A stretch of 38,446 nucleotides of DNA from a virus (lineage: Duplodnaviria > Caudoviricetes), in the IMG/VR virus record IMGVR_UViG_3300011433_000005, positions 1 to 38,446 of that record, one strand, 5' to 3'. Under the pieces are notes generated by a model that was given only the letters and a program-made list of their open reading frames with translations, did not search any database and was not told the DNA's origin. Positions 25,585-34,583 of this stretch are shown here, piece after piece (within the stretch, counting starts at the first letter, position 1; each line of letters begins with the position of its first letter). Position numbers and translations under genes: made by a program.

Positions 25585-26082
25585 TCACGGGGCCGTGTCT
25601 CGGAACTGCCACGTGCCCACGACGGCGCCCGTCACGACGAGGTCGTCGAGCGGCTTCCAGAGCGCGGCGAGCCGGAGCTCCGTGCAGCTGTAGATCTCGA
25701 TGTTGTTCCGGTTCCGCGTGCTGGCGTTGAAGAGCCGGAGCGACCGGATCGCCGCGCGGAGGATGTAGCTCGTGTCGCGGGTCGCGTTCATCGAGTCCGC
25801 GGCCGCGCGGGCGACGCGGATATGGATCGTGGCCTGCCCGTCGCGCGTGACCGTGGTCACTTCGCCGTCGAGCATGGGCAGGCCGGCGGAGTTCACCGCG
25901 ACGCCAGGCGTCGAGGGGAATCGCTCCTGGGCGACGAGGTTGTTCCGCGTCTCGTCGGCGATCGTCCCCACCTGCGGCGCCGTATCGGCGCCGTCGCGGG
26001 GGATCACGACGAGCTGCGCGGCGAGACCGTTCGTCCCGTCGTTGAGCCAGTCGGTCAGGGACCGCACGCACTCGAGGATCAT
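25585..26082 (-). CDS. Tail terminator/completion protein
   Basis: ATG 26082 overlaps the upstream stop; position between head closure and tail tube genes. Confidence 0.65.
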   Translation of the reverse strand: MILECVRSLTDWLNDGTNGLAAQLVVIPRDGADTAPQVGTIADETRNNLVAQERFPSTPGVAVNSAGLPMLDGEVTTVTRDGQATIHIRVARAAADSMNATRDTSYILRAAIRSLRLFNASTRNRNNIEIYSCTELRLAALWKPLDDLVVTGAVVGTWQFRDTAP

Positions 26083-26366
26083 GCGACGGCGACCTTCGTG
26101 AGCTTGCCGTCGCCGACCTTCTGCGTGGTGCGAATGCGGTACACGGTCCCGTCGATGGTGATGTTCGTGTCGTCCGCGAGGCCGGGGATTGCGCCCGTCT
26201 TCACGGTGAGCACCTGCTGGTTCGTGAGCACCTGGCCGCCGACGGTGTCCTGGACGAAGACGTCCTCCCAGTCGAAGAAGCCGCGCGCCGTCACGGCGCC
26301 GTAGACCACCGGCACCGTGAGCGACGCATCGGCCATCATCGCACTGAGGTCTTCCTCCACCGTCAC
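26079..26366 (-). CDS. Head closure/head-tail joining protein (gpFII-like)
   Basis: 95 aa, GFFD...ITIDGTVYRI......DG.LT pattern; follows the capsid gene. Confidence 0.75.
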   Translation of the reverse strand: MTVEEDLSAMMADASLTVPVVYGAVTARGFFDWEDVFVQDTVGGQVLTNQQVLTVKTGAIPGLADDTNITIDGTVYRIRTTQKVGDGKLTKVAVA

Positions 26367-26400
26367 AGCGCACCGTCGGCGTCAGGGGTTGGCCTCGCCC

Positions 26401-28434
26401 CTACAGGGCGTCCTTGATCGCGGCGAAGGCTGCCGCGTACTTGATGCAGATGTCGGCGTACTGCATCTGCGTGACCTCGACCATGGCCTGCTTCTTGAGC
26501 CTGAGCTCGTCGACGAGGATCTCGACGCCCGGGCCGAACTGCCCGATGATGAGCTGGTCGAACGCGCCGAAGATGATCGCCGAGCAGACCGTGGTCTGCG
26601 TGCCCTTCGTGAGGTTCCGGGGCACCTGGTTGCTGGCGACCGCCCGGTAGCCGTTCACCACGCCGTCCGGGTTCGTGCCCTGCCCCCAGATCGGCACGGC
26701 GCCAGCCGTGTTGCCGAGCACCGTGACCTTCTTCATCACGCCGCGCTGCTTCGTGTTCGTGATGTACGACATCGTCGAGATGTCGGCGTTCGCGTCCGCG
26801 ATCGCGGTCTCGAGGTCGACGATCTGGTTCCAGCCCACGGTGCCGCCCTGGGCGCCGAGCGTCACGGACCCGATCGACGTGTTGTTCAGGAGGCCGAGCG
26901 GCTGGCCCGTGCCGGAGCCCGTGAGGGCCGCGACGTCGAGGGCCAGCGCGATGACCTTGGCCAGGTCGTTCCGGACGATCTGCTCGGCGTCGAAGCCGCC
27001 CGAGGCTGCCGAGAAGAGCAGCTGTCGGGAGAACGACGTGCTCGAGATCAGCGTCTTGAACGCGAGCGCGACGGTGGTGAGCGTCAGGTTCGAGTCGGAC
27101 GCGTCGGATCCGGGGTTCTCGCCCTGCCACGCGGCGGTCGCGGATGCGTTCTGCGCCGGGAAGCTCACCGGGCCCGTGAGCCCGGAGAGGAACGTGGCGC
27201 CGGCGCGGGTGACCGCCATGCGGTTCCGGAGCAGCTCGATGAAGTCGCCGGGCTGCGTGAACTTGAGCTCCGGACCCTTGGTTGCGTTCGTCGCGTCGAG
27301 GCCGGCGCGGAGCGACAGCGGGACCATGAGGCCGTTCCCCGCCTTCGGCGACTTGCCGCGCAGGAACTCCCCGACCTCGCGCTCGAGGCCGATGTCGACG
27401 CCCATCTCCTTGACGGTGCGCGGATCCATCTGCGCGAAGATCGCGCGCGCGTAGCTGTACCTCCGCGCATCCTTCTCGCTGAGCCCATCGACGCCGAGCT
27501 CCTGCTTGATCGGCTGCTTCGCTCGCCCGGCGAGCGCATCGGTCGTCTCGCGGAGGGCGGCTTCGGTCGTCGCCTTCTTCGCGAGCCAGGAGGGCAGGCG
27601 GTCCTGGACGCCGTACTGGGTCGCGATCTGCCCGAGCTTCTCGGGGTCGTGCTGGTCTTGCGCGCGATCGGTGGTGATCACCGAGGCGGCCGGCGAGGCC
27701 GCAGCTGCTTCGGGCATGTGCTGCTCCTTGGCCTTGTCGGCCGCTGGGATGGTGGTGGAACGGGTGGCGCGGTGGAGCGGATGGCGCTGCAGGTAGCGTT
27801 CGATCGCGTCCCTGATCGGCGGAGGAATGACGTCGTCGCCGGATTCGCCGGCGGACCGACCGAAGCCGGAGCCGTCGTAGTCGGCGGGGACGGGCACCAC
27901 GGACACCTCGATCGGCATCCAGGCGGTGTAGCGCCGGGTCGGAATGCTGTCGGGACCGTCGGGGGTGGTCTCCTCGTACTCGTCGCCGACGATGTAGCCG
28001 ACGGAGACCTTCTTCCGGATGCCGCGCACGATGTCGTCGGCGATCTCCTGACTGCGGGCCGCGTGGCTCATGCGGAGATCGCCGCGAAGGACGCGGTCCT
28101 TGTCGGCCTTGACCCCCTCGACGAGCCCGTGCTGGCTGTCCCCATCCCACGAGCGGTGGCTCATGACGAACGGCAGGCCGTCCGTGGCGTAGCTCAAGTC
28201 GATCGAGTCCGGCGCGTGATCGAGCACCTCGTAGTAGCGCTCGCCGTCCCACCAGTCGCGGCGGAGGACGGACTTCTCGCTCGAGATCGCGACGGGGATC
28301 GTCTCCTTGTCGTCGCCTGAGGCGCCATCGGCGGCCGCGCTGGCGCGCGCGGCCTTTCGGCGCGCGAGTTCCTCCGCATCCACGCGGAGGTCCATCTCGC
28401 GGTAGAGCACCGCCGTGCGCGCTTCAGCCGGCAT
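26401..28434 (-). CDS. Prohead protease-major capsid protein fusion (HK97 fold)
   Basis: N-terminal protease (SSE..V.R...EVLDH...VSVGY...W.P.EVSVVPVPAD) in frame with capsid domain (FIELLRNR...AAWQGE...FGAFDQL); ATG 28434 with RBS. Confidence 0.9.
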   Translation of the reverse strand: MPAEARTAVLYREMDLRVDAEELARRKAARASAAADGASGDDKETIPVAISSEKSVLRRDWWDGERYYEVLDHAPDSIDLSYATDGLPFVMSHRSWDGDSQHGLVEGVKADKDRVLRGDLRMSHAARSQEIADDIVRGIRKKVSVGYIVGDEYEETTPDGPDSIPTRRYTAWMPIEVSVVPVPADYDGSGFGRSAGESGDDVIPPPIRDAIERYLQRHPLHRATRSTTIPAADKAKEQHMPEAAAASPAASVITTDRAQDQHDPEKLGQIATQYGVQDRLPSWLAKKATTEAALRETTDALAGRAKQPIKQELGVDGLSEKDARRYSYARAIFAQMDPRTVKEMGVDIGLEREVGEFLRGKSPKAGNGLMVPLSLRAGLDATNATKGPELKFTQPGDFIELLRNRMAVTRAGATFLSGLTGPVSFPAQNASATAAWQGENPGSDASDSNLTLTTVALAFKTLISSTSFSRQLLFSAASGGFDAEQIVRNDLAKVIALALDVAALTGSGTGQPLGLLNNTSIGSVTLGAQGGTVGWNQIVDLETAIADANADISTMSYITNTKQRGVMKKVTVLGNTAGAVPIWGQGTNPDGVVNGYRAVASNQVPRNLTKGTQTTVCSAIIFGAFDQLIIGQFGPGVEILVDELRLKKQAMVEVTQMQYADICIKYAAAFAAIKDAL

Positions 28435-29959
28435 CTCGATCTCTCCCGCCCACCACGCGCAGGGCGCGCGCAGGGCTCGTGGCGGCGTCGCCGGCGTCCG
28501 CGGCGTCGGCGATCGTCGTCTTCGGGTTCGCGTCGAGCGTGAGGGGCACCCCGAGCGCATCGGCGAGCTCCAGCTCGGCCTTCCGCTCGCGGAGGACGTC
28601 TTCCAGGTCGCGGCCCTGCTCGGCGGCGAGCTGGGTAAGCGTCGAGATGCCGGCGCCGACCTCCATGAGGCCCGACTGTGTGTCCTTCATCGGGTCCACC
28701 CAGTCGAAGCCGCGCGGCTGCCACTTGATCGTCGACCACTTCGCGAGGTCGAACGAGGGAAGCTCGAGTTGCCGGCTCAGGGCTGCGGCCGGGAGCCACT
28801 CGGCGAAGATGGGTTCCAGTACCTGCTCGATCAGGAACTGCTGCTCACTCCGCCAGTGGTCGCGCTCGGGGAGCATCCCGGCGCGCATCGAGGAGAAGTT
28901 CGCGCCCGAGAGGTCTCCGGTGAGCGCCGAGTACGACACGCCGAGGGCGGTCGCGACGTCGAGCTTGATCGCCTTGACGAACGGGTCGAAGGCGCTGGTC
29001 GGATGCTGCGGATCCCAGAGCGAGAGCTTCTGTCCAGCGAGGAGCTGGAGCAGGGCACCGGGCTCCGCCTCGAGCGGCACTTCGCCGGCGCCCGTCTCGA
29101 TGCTGACGGAGTCGGCGGCGTCGATGCTCGTCTCGATCGCGCCCATGGTCGCGCTCGCGGTGCGCGCGGCGACGAGCTCGGCCTCGATGTAGCCGTCCAG
29201 CATCTTCATCGAGAGGATGGCCGGCGCGAGGTCGGGATAGCCGCGCGACTGCCCGGGCCGCATCGACCGGAAGACGTGGATGATGTCCTCGGCCGGGTAG
29301 CGGATCCGCTCGGAGCTGGCGAGCGCCTCGCTCGGGTGGCGCGTGAAGCACCAGTACCCGACGGGCCGGTGCATCTCGTCGATCTCGACGCCCTGGCGGA
29401 TGGCGTTCAGCCCGTCGACGGGCTCGCGGTGCAGGTTGTCGTCGAGGAGGTCCGGATCCATCAGCAGGACCGAGAAGCCCCAGCCGTTCCGCTGCTTGCC
29501 GCGAATCTTCCGGATCAGGATCTCACCGTCGATCGCGCGGTTCGCCGCGGCGAGCGCGAGGAACTCCTTGAGCGAGTGCTTCCCGCTCGCATCGCAGACG
29601 CCCAGCCTCGACCAGCGCTCCCAGCCGCCCTCGATCTCGGTGTTCGCGGTCTCATAGGGCTTTCCGTTCTGGAACGCGTTCTTCGCCTGCAGGCGGATGC
29701 CGTGCGGGCCGACCACGTTCTCGCGCACGAGCTGGTGAAACCGCACGCCGAGCGATGTGTTGCGCACGCTGTCCCTCGAGCGGGCCCGGAGCGTGCGCAG
29801 GTCGCCCCGGAGGTCCATGTTCGCGGAGCGGAGCGAGGCCTTGATCCAGTCGCTCGTGAGGCGGTTGAAGACGGCGCCCTGGAACCCGCCGCGCTTCTGC
29901 GGCGTGCGCGAGAGGCCGACCGCACGGAGAAGCCGATCGAGCAGGCCGGGCTTCTTCAC
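28424..29959 (-). CDS. Lambda-family portal protein
   Basis: LRARSRD..RN, VVG..GI.LQ, GVEIDE..RPVGY, RPGQSRG.P, LTGDLS..NFSS.RAG, W.DP.KD motifs. Confidence 0.93.
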   Translation of the reverse strand: MKKPGLLDRLLRAVGLSRTPQKRGGFQGAVFNRLTSDWIKASLRSANMDLRGDLRTLRARSRDSVRNTSLGVRFHQLVRENVVGPHGIRLQAKNAFQNGKPYETANTEIEGGWERWSRLGVCDASGKHSLKEFLALAAANRAIDGEILIRKIRGKQRNGWGFSVLLMDPDLLDDNLHREPVDGLNAIRQGVEIDEMHRPVGYWCFTRHPSEALASSERIRYPAEDIIHVFRSMRPGQSRGYPDLAPAILSMKMLDGYIEAELVAARTASATMGAIETSIDAADSVSIETGAGEVPLEAEPGALLQLLAGQKLSLWDPQHPTSAFDPFVKAIKLDVATALGVSYSALTGDLSGANFSSMRAGMLPERDHWRSEQQFLIEQVLEPIFAEWLPAAALSRQLELPSFDLAKWSTIKWQPRGFDWVDPMKDTQSGLMEVGAGISTLTQLAAEQGRDLEDVLRERKAELELADALGVPLTLDANPKTTIADAADAGDAATSPARALRVVGGRDRDAG

Positions 29960-30549
29960 GAGTAGCGACGGCGGAGGTTCTCGGGCACGTTGCCGGCCGC
30001 GGCGAACTGCACCTTCACGCGCGCGATCGGACGATCCGGGTTCCGGAGCGTGTAGACCTCGCCGCGATACTGCGCGCGGAGACGCTTCAGGTCCGGCGTC
30101 GAGATCTTCGTGATCCGGCGTCCCGCGACTTCGTATTCCTCCATGCCGCCGTCGCTCGCCCCCGAGAGCCGGGCCTCGAGCGCGGCCTCGACCAGCGTCA
30201 GCATCTTCTCCGCGTGCTGGAGCGCGCTGCCATCGAGGGCGGCCGTCAGGTCAGCGGAGACGTCGAGGCGATACGTCCCGATCGTCTGCCGGTCCGCACC
30301 GCTCGAGACCGTGACAATGACCTGGTACGAGCCGGGGAGGAGCTTCCCGGTCGCCGCGGCGTTGAAGTAGACCTGGAGCGCGCTCGTGCCGGCGTAGATC
30401 GCGACCGTCGTCGCCTCGATGGCGCTCCTGCCGACGAGCCGCGCCGCGCCCGTCCATCCCGCGAGGTCGGAGGGCACGCGAACGAGAAAGTCGAGCGAAT
30501 CCCCCGCGATGAGCTGTGCGGGAGGACCGTAGGGCGGCGTGGCGCTCAC
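29956..30549 (-). CDS. Head-tail adaptor (gpW-like C-terminus with N-terminal extension)
   Basis: P..LIAGDS...; EY.VAGR.ITK....DL..LRAQYR.EV; directly before the portal. Confidence 0.75.
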   Translation of the reverse strand: MSATPPYGPPAQLIAGDSLDFLVRVPSDLAGWTGAARLVGRSAIEATTVAIYAGTSALQVYFNAAATGKLLPGSYQVIVTVSSGADRQTIGTYRLDVSADLTAALDGSALQHAEKMLTLVEAALEARLSGASDGGMEEYEVAGRRITKISTPDLKRLRAQYRGEVYTLRNPDRPIARVKVQFAAAGNVPENLRRRYS

Positions 30550-30556
30550 GCCGCGC

Positions 30557-30633
30557 AGGATGGCCGGGCGCCGCTACGCGATCAATGTCCTTGCCCCTCC
30601 ACTACTTGCGTAATGGAAGTCAGGCCGCGTCAT
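30557..30633 (-). promoter_or_regulatory. Late promoter element copy 2 (head/tail unit)
   Basis: 30583-30633 matches 16951-17001; TTGATC-17-CATCCT ends 7 nt before GTG 30549. Confidence 0.7.
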
Positions 30634-30886
30634 CGCTCCGGGAGTAGACGAGTCGGTATCGGCGCTCCCGCCGGCCTCCGCGCGCGTGCAGATAGCCGCG
30701 GTCGATGAGCAGGTGGAGGGCGCGCGCGACGTTCCCCTCGTGCATGTGCAGCTGCTCCGCGACGGCGAAGATCTTCACGCGTCGGAAAAGGACGACGTCG
30801 AGGCGGTCGTTGAGGAACCCGAGCACCTTGAGCGGCTGCCCGGCGATCGCCGGATCCGCGCAGGCCTGCCGAAACGCGGGGATCAT
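30620..30886 (-). CDS. Winged-HTH DNA-binding protein, candidate late regulator
   Basis: ATG overlaps the terL stop; VAEQLHMHEGNVARALHLLIDRGYL...YRL wHTH. Confidence 0.75.
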   Translation of the reverse strand: MIPAFRQACADPAIAGQPLKVLGFLNDRLDVVLFRRVKIFAVAEQLHMHEGNVARALHLLIDRGYLHARGGRRERRYRLVYSRSDDAA

Positions 30887-32805
30887 TGACGCCACTTGTT
30901 CGTCCACCCGCCGGGCCGCGGCGGGCGGCGGCGCGAGAGCGGGGGCGGGGCAGCGGTGAGCGTGGTCGCCGCGGCAGGCCGGTCGCCGGGCGGCCGCGCC
31001 GGCGCCGCGGCACCGGCCGCCTGCGCGCGCGTCACCCAGAGCGCGAGCTTGTCGTAAACGCTCGCGCCGAGCAGGTGGAGCGCGGCCAAGGACAGCACCT
31101 CCAGGTCGATCGCCTCGTTCCGCGCGCCGGCGGGAACGACGCGGTACTCCCGAATCGGGACTCCCTTCACGTACCGGAGGAAGACCTTCTCGCGCCCGAA
31201 CTGGTTGAGGTACTCGTCATCGGCGCCCTCGGCCTGCACGGTCGGGAAGTGCATGTAGCCGGGATGACCAGGCGTCTCGTTCTTGAGCCGCGCGAAGACG
31301 ATGTCCTTCGCCGTGTCGGTGCCGATCGGGATCACGCGCACGCCGTACTTGTTCGCCTTGTTCGGGCGGCTGATGATCGGCTTCCCGCGGACCGAGTAGC
31401 CCTTTGTCGCGAACACGCCCTTCCGTTGCCGCGGCCGCACGTAGCCGTAGACCGTCTGCGTCTGGTCGCCCGAATCGATGCACAGCGCGCGAATCGTGAG
31501 CGCGCCGCCGGCCTCGTGGGCGTACCGCTTCGTCCGCCACACGTCGAGCTGCTCCCACACCTCGTTGCGACCCGGGTCGCCGTAGAACCGCCGGTGTTCG
31601 ATGAGCCACGACTCTTGCCCGGCGCCCCAGCCCTTCACCACCAGCTCGAGCCGGTCCTTCTGCACGTCGACCGCGGCCGTGAGCACGCCGACGGCGGCCG
31701 GCACCTCGGCCGCGTACTTCTCGCGACGCTCGCTGAGGGCCGTGGTGTCGATCCCCTCGCCATCCATCGGGTCCCACACCTCCGCGAACTCCTCGTTCAC
31801 GAACACCTGCAGCGTGTCGCGCGACTTCCTCGCGGCGAGGAACTTGACGATCAACTCCGCCCAGGTCGTCCACGGTGAGTAGAGCGAGTTGAGGTGGAAC
31901 CCCGGGAAGCGCCCCTCGGGCCGCTCCGCGCGCCACACCCAGCCGGCCAGCATCCGCGGCTTCTCCGTCTCGGGGATGAGAGCGCCACAGCCCTCGCAGG
32001 CGTATGCGGCGTCGTCGAAGACGAGTTGTTTCCACTGCAGGTGCTGGAGGAGCGCGCAATGCGGGCAGGGCAGGTAACAGCGTCGCTGGTCGGATTCCTG
32101 CCATTCCTTGTCGATGCGCGAGACGCCCTTCACCCCCGGCGTGCTGACCAGCACGAGCTTTCGGTTCCAGAAGTTCTTCGTGCGGTTGACGGCCAGCGCG
32201 ATCGGGTCGCCCTTGTCGCCGGCGGAGGGCGGATATTTGTCGATCTCGTCGAAGAGGACGATGCGAATCGGCCGCGAGGAGAGCCCCGTGGCCGAGTTGG
32301 CGCCGACCAGCGTAAGGTGCCCGCCGTCGAACGACTTCCGCAGCATCTTGTCGCCGGCGTTCCGGCGCCCGTCGCCGCGGCGCATCCGGGACCGGAGCCT
32401 GGGCGACGCGGCGATCATGGGCTTGATGCGGTCCTCGGAGAAATCGCGCGCGTCGTCGAGGCCCGGGCGCACCATCAGCATCGGCGAGGGGTCCTGGTCG
32501 ATGTAGAACCCCATCACGTTCATGAGCATCTCGCTCTTGCCGATCTGCGAGGGCGCCACGAACACGACGCGCTCCACCGTGGGGTCGGAGACCGCGTCCA
32601 TGATCTCGCGCTGGAACGGCGCGCGATCCGTGCGCCACTGGCCGGCCTCGGCCGAAGACTCCCCCGTCAGCTGTCGGTACAGGTCCGCCCACTCGGAGAC
32701 GGTCAGTTTCGGGGGCGGAGCGAAGAGGCGCGCGCGGAGCCGGCGCTCGATGCGGAGCGCTTTCGTCGCGCCCTCGAGCCGCTCAGTCGCGTGGCCCGTC
32801 GTCAC
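30883..32805 (-). CDS. terL: Terminase large subunit (lambda GpA family)
   Basis: TVSEWAD, Walker A PSQIGKS, Walker B LFDEIDKY, STP, DVQ.DRLE, CIDSG, RNEAID motifs; GTG 32805 after GAGGAGG. Confidence 0.95.
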   Translation of the reverse strand: MTTGHATERLEGATKALRIERRLRARLFAPPPKLTVSEWADLYRQLTGESSAEAGQWRTDRAPFQREIMDAVSDPTVERVVFVAPSQIGKSEMLMNVMGFYIDQDPSPMLMVRPGLDDARDFSEDRIKPMIAASPRLRSRMRRGDGRRNAGDKMLRKSFDGGHLTLVGANSATGLSSRPIRIVLFDEIDKYPPSAGDKGDPIALAVNRTKNFWNRKLVLVSTPGVKGVSRIDKEWQESDQRRCYLPCPHCALLQHLQWKQLVFDDAAYACEGCGALIPETEKPRMLAGWVWRAERPEGRFPGFHLNSLYSPWTTWAELIVKFLAARKSRDTLQVFVNEEFAEVWDPMDGEGIDTTALSERREKYAAEVPAAVGVLTAAVDVQKDRLELVVKGWGAGQESWLIEHRRFYGDPGRNEVWEQLDVWRTKRYAHEAGGALTIRALCIDSGDQTQTVYGYVRPRQRKGVFATKGYSVRGKPIISRPNKANKYGVRVIPIGTDTAKDIVFARLKNETPGHPGYMHFPTVQAEGADDEYLNQFGREKVFLRYVKGVPIREYRVVPAGARNEAIDLEVLSLAALHLLGASVYDKLALWVTRAQAAGAAAPARPPGDRPAAATTLTAAPPPLSRRRPPRPGGWTNKWRQ

Positions 32806-33304
32806 CGTCCTCCTCGATCTCGTCCTCGTCCGGGGGTGGCTCCGGGATGTCGTCCGCCCGGTGGAGCTCGTCCATCGCCTCACGCACGAGCGGCTCGAGG
32901 CGGGCCTGCGCCTCCTGCACGGACGCCGCGCCCAGGACGATCCCCGCACCCCGCTGGCTGAAGTTCAGGAGCCGCGCGCGCACGCGGCCGAACGCATCGC
33001 CGACGAGCCGCTCGTAATCGGTGAGCAGCATCAGCTCTCCGCGCGCCTTCGCGAGCTCCAGCTCCATCATCTCCGCCTCCGCCGAGGCCTTCCGCTGTCG
33101 CGCCTCGTCGAGGGTCTTCGGGGCCGCGCGTCGGTACCCCTTCTCCTCCAGGTACTTGAAGAACCAGATCCGCGCTTCGGGCCACGGCAACACGACACGC
33201 CGCCCCCGTTTTCGGTGCGGCATCCCGGCCTTGAAGTAGCGCTCGATCTGTTGCGGCGAGAGGCCGAAGAGGTCGCAGACCTCGGCTTTCGCCTTCTCAG
33301 GCAC
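32783..33304 (-). CDS. terS: Terminase small subunit (Nu1-like)
   Basis: N-terminal HTH (AEVCDLFGLS.QQI..Y..AGMP), A.AE..ELEL....GEL coiled coil; overlaps terL. Confidence 0.88.
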   Translation of the reverse strand: MPEKAKAEVCDLFGLSPQQIERYFKAGMPHRKRGRRVVLPWPEARIWFFKYLEEKGYRRAAPKTLDEARQRKASAEAEMMELELAKARGELMLLTDYERLVGDAFGRVRARLLNFSQRGAGIVLGAASVQEAQARLEPLVREAMDELHRADDIPEPPPDEDEIEEDGDDGPRD

Positions 33305-34040
33305 CCACGGCCTCGACGAAGCCGACGGGATCCGGCAGGTCCACGCGTTCCTCCGGCAGCGCGAGCAGGTTGATCGAGACGACGTTCGGCCAGATCGGGC
33401 CGAGCGGGGGACGGTGCCACCAGATGCGATACGAACGTGCGCGCAGCCACCGGAGAAGGTCCGGCACCTGCGCCTCGCGATCGGCCTCGACGGACAGCAC
33501 CGGCCGGCAGCGCGCGATCGTGTTCTCCGAACCCTCGAGCACCTCGTACTCCATCCCCTCGACGTCGATCTTCACGAAGTCGACGTCCTCCAGCCCCCAG
33601 CTGTCGAGCGTGAACCTGGGCACGGCCTCGCCGGCGCCAGGCGTTCCCAGCTCCAGGCCGCCGAAGTTGCCGCGCATGTCATACCGGATCGGCGGCACGC
33701 GGACGACGCCGGGCTCCTTCCCGAGCGCGCACCAGCGGGCGCGCACCTGGGCCAGGCCGTTCAGCGCCGCGGACCCGCAGAGGCACGCGAAGAGCGTCCA
33801 CTGCGGCTCGACCGCGATCACGTGACCGGCGCGGCCCACCGCGCGCGCGAAGGCGAGCGTATGCGCGCCGAAGTTCGCGCCGATGTCGAGCACGAATCCG
33901 TCGGCCGGCAGGTACGGCTTCCACGTCTCGAACTCCGCCTCACTGAACTGGCCGAGGCGGATCACGGATTGCGACACGTACTCGTCGAACGGCGGGCAGA
34001 TCTGCACGCCGACCCTCGAAGCAGTGAGGATCGCGGTCAT
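33297..34040 (-). CDS. FkbM-family SAM methyltransferase
   Basis: VLDIGANFG.HT, AVEPQ, NFGG, VKIDVEGME..VL.G. Confidence 0.9.
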   Translation of the reverse strand: MTAILTASRVGVQICPPFDEYVSQSVIRLGQFSEAEFETWKPYLPADGFVLDIGANFGAHTLAFARAVGRAGHVIAVEPQWTLFACLCGSAALNGLAQVRARWCALGKEPGVVRVPPIRYDMRGNFGGLELGTPGAGEAVPRFTLDSWGLEDVDFVKIDVEGMEYEVLEGSENTIARCRPVLSVEADREAQVPDLLRWLRARSYRIWWHRPPLGPIWPNVVSINLLALPEERVDLPDPVGFVEAVGA

Positions 34041-34582
34041 GGTTCCTTCCGGATGATGATCTCCAGGCCGCACTCACAGCCGCCGGTGGCGGTCTGATCG
34101 GCGTCGATGCCGGGGACGAACCCAAGGTCCAGCGTTTCGAATCGCACGAGCACCGACGGCGTCACGGCGACCACCGTCAGCATGAGATCCTCGACCCGCC
34201 ACGATGATTTGTGGTCCCGATTGCGCACGCTCGGCCAGACGCCCCGCTCGTAGGTCCGGAAGTCGGGGACCACGACCACGAGATGCCCTCGTGGTTTCAC
34301 GAGCTGCCACCACCTATCGACGGCCATGCGGTCCTCGCGGATATGCTCGAGGCAATGCGAGGAGTAGACGAGATCGAAACTCTCGTTGTCGAGGTCGCGC
34401 ATGACGACCGCGTCGCCGTCCTCCTGATCCCACGCCCGCACGCGTCGAAGCCTCGGGAACTCGGCACAAGGACCGAGCGGATCCGGGCCGGCGCCGATGT
34501 CGATCGCGTCGCCGACGAATACGCGATCGGTGAAGAGCGGGTCGCGCGACCGGCGACGGAATGCGAGAGACGTCCCGCCCAT
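34037..34582 (-). CDS. Class I SAM-dependent methyltransferase
   Basis: IDIGAGPD, FDLVYSSHCLEH, KPRGHLVVVVPD. Confidence 0.85.
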   Translation of the reverse strand: MGGTSLAFRRRSRDPLFTDRVFVGDAIDIGAGPDPLGPCAEFPRLRRVRAWDQEDGDAVVMRDLDNESFDLVYSSHCLEHIREDRMAVDRWWQLVKPRGHLVVVVPDFRTYERGVWPSVRNRDHKSSWRVEDLMLTVVAVTPSVLVRFETLDLGFVPGIDADQTATGGCECGLEIIIRKEP

Positions 34583-34583
34583 G

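Noticed and set aside
33297-34582. DNA methyltransferases or a restriction-modification system
   Set aside because: No DPPY/NPPY or PC motifs; signatures fit FkbM and small-molecule/glycan methyltransferases
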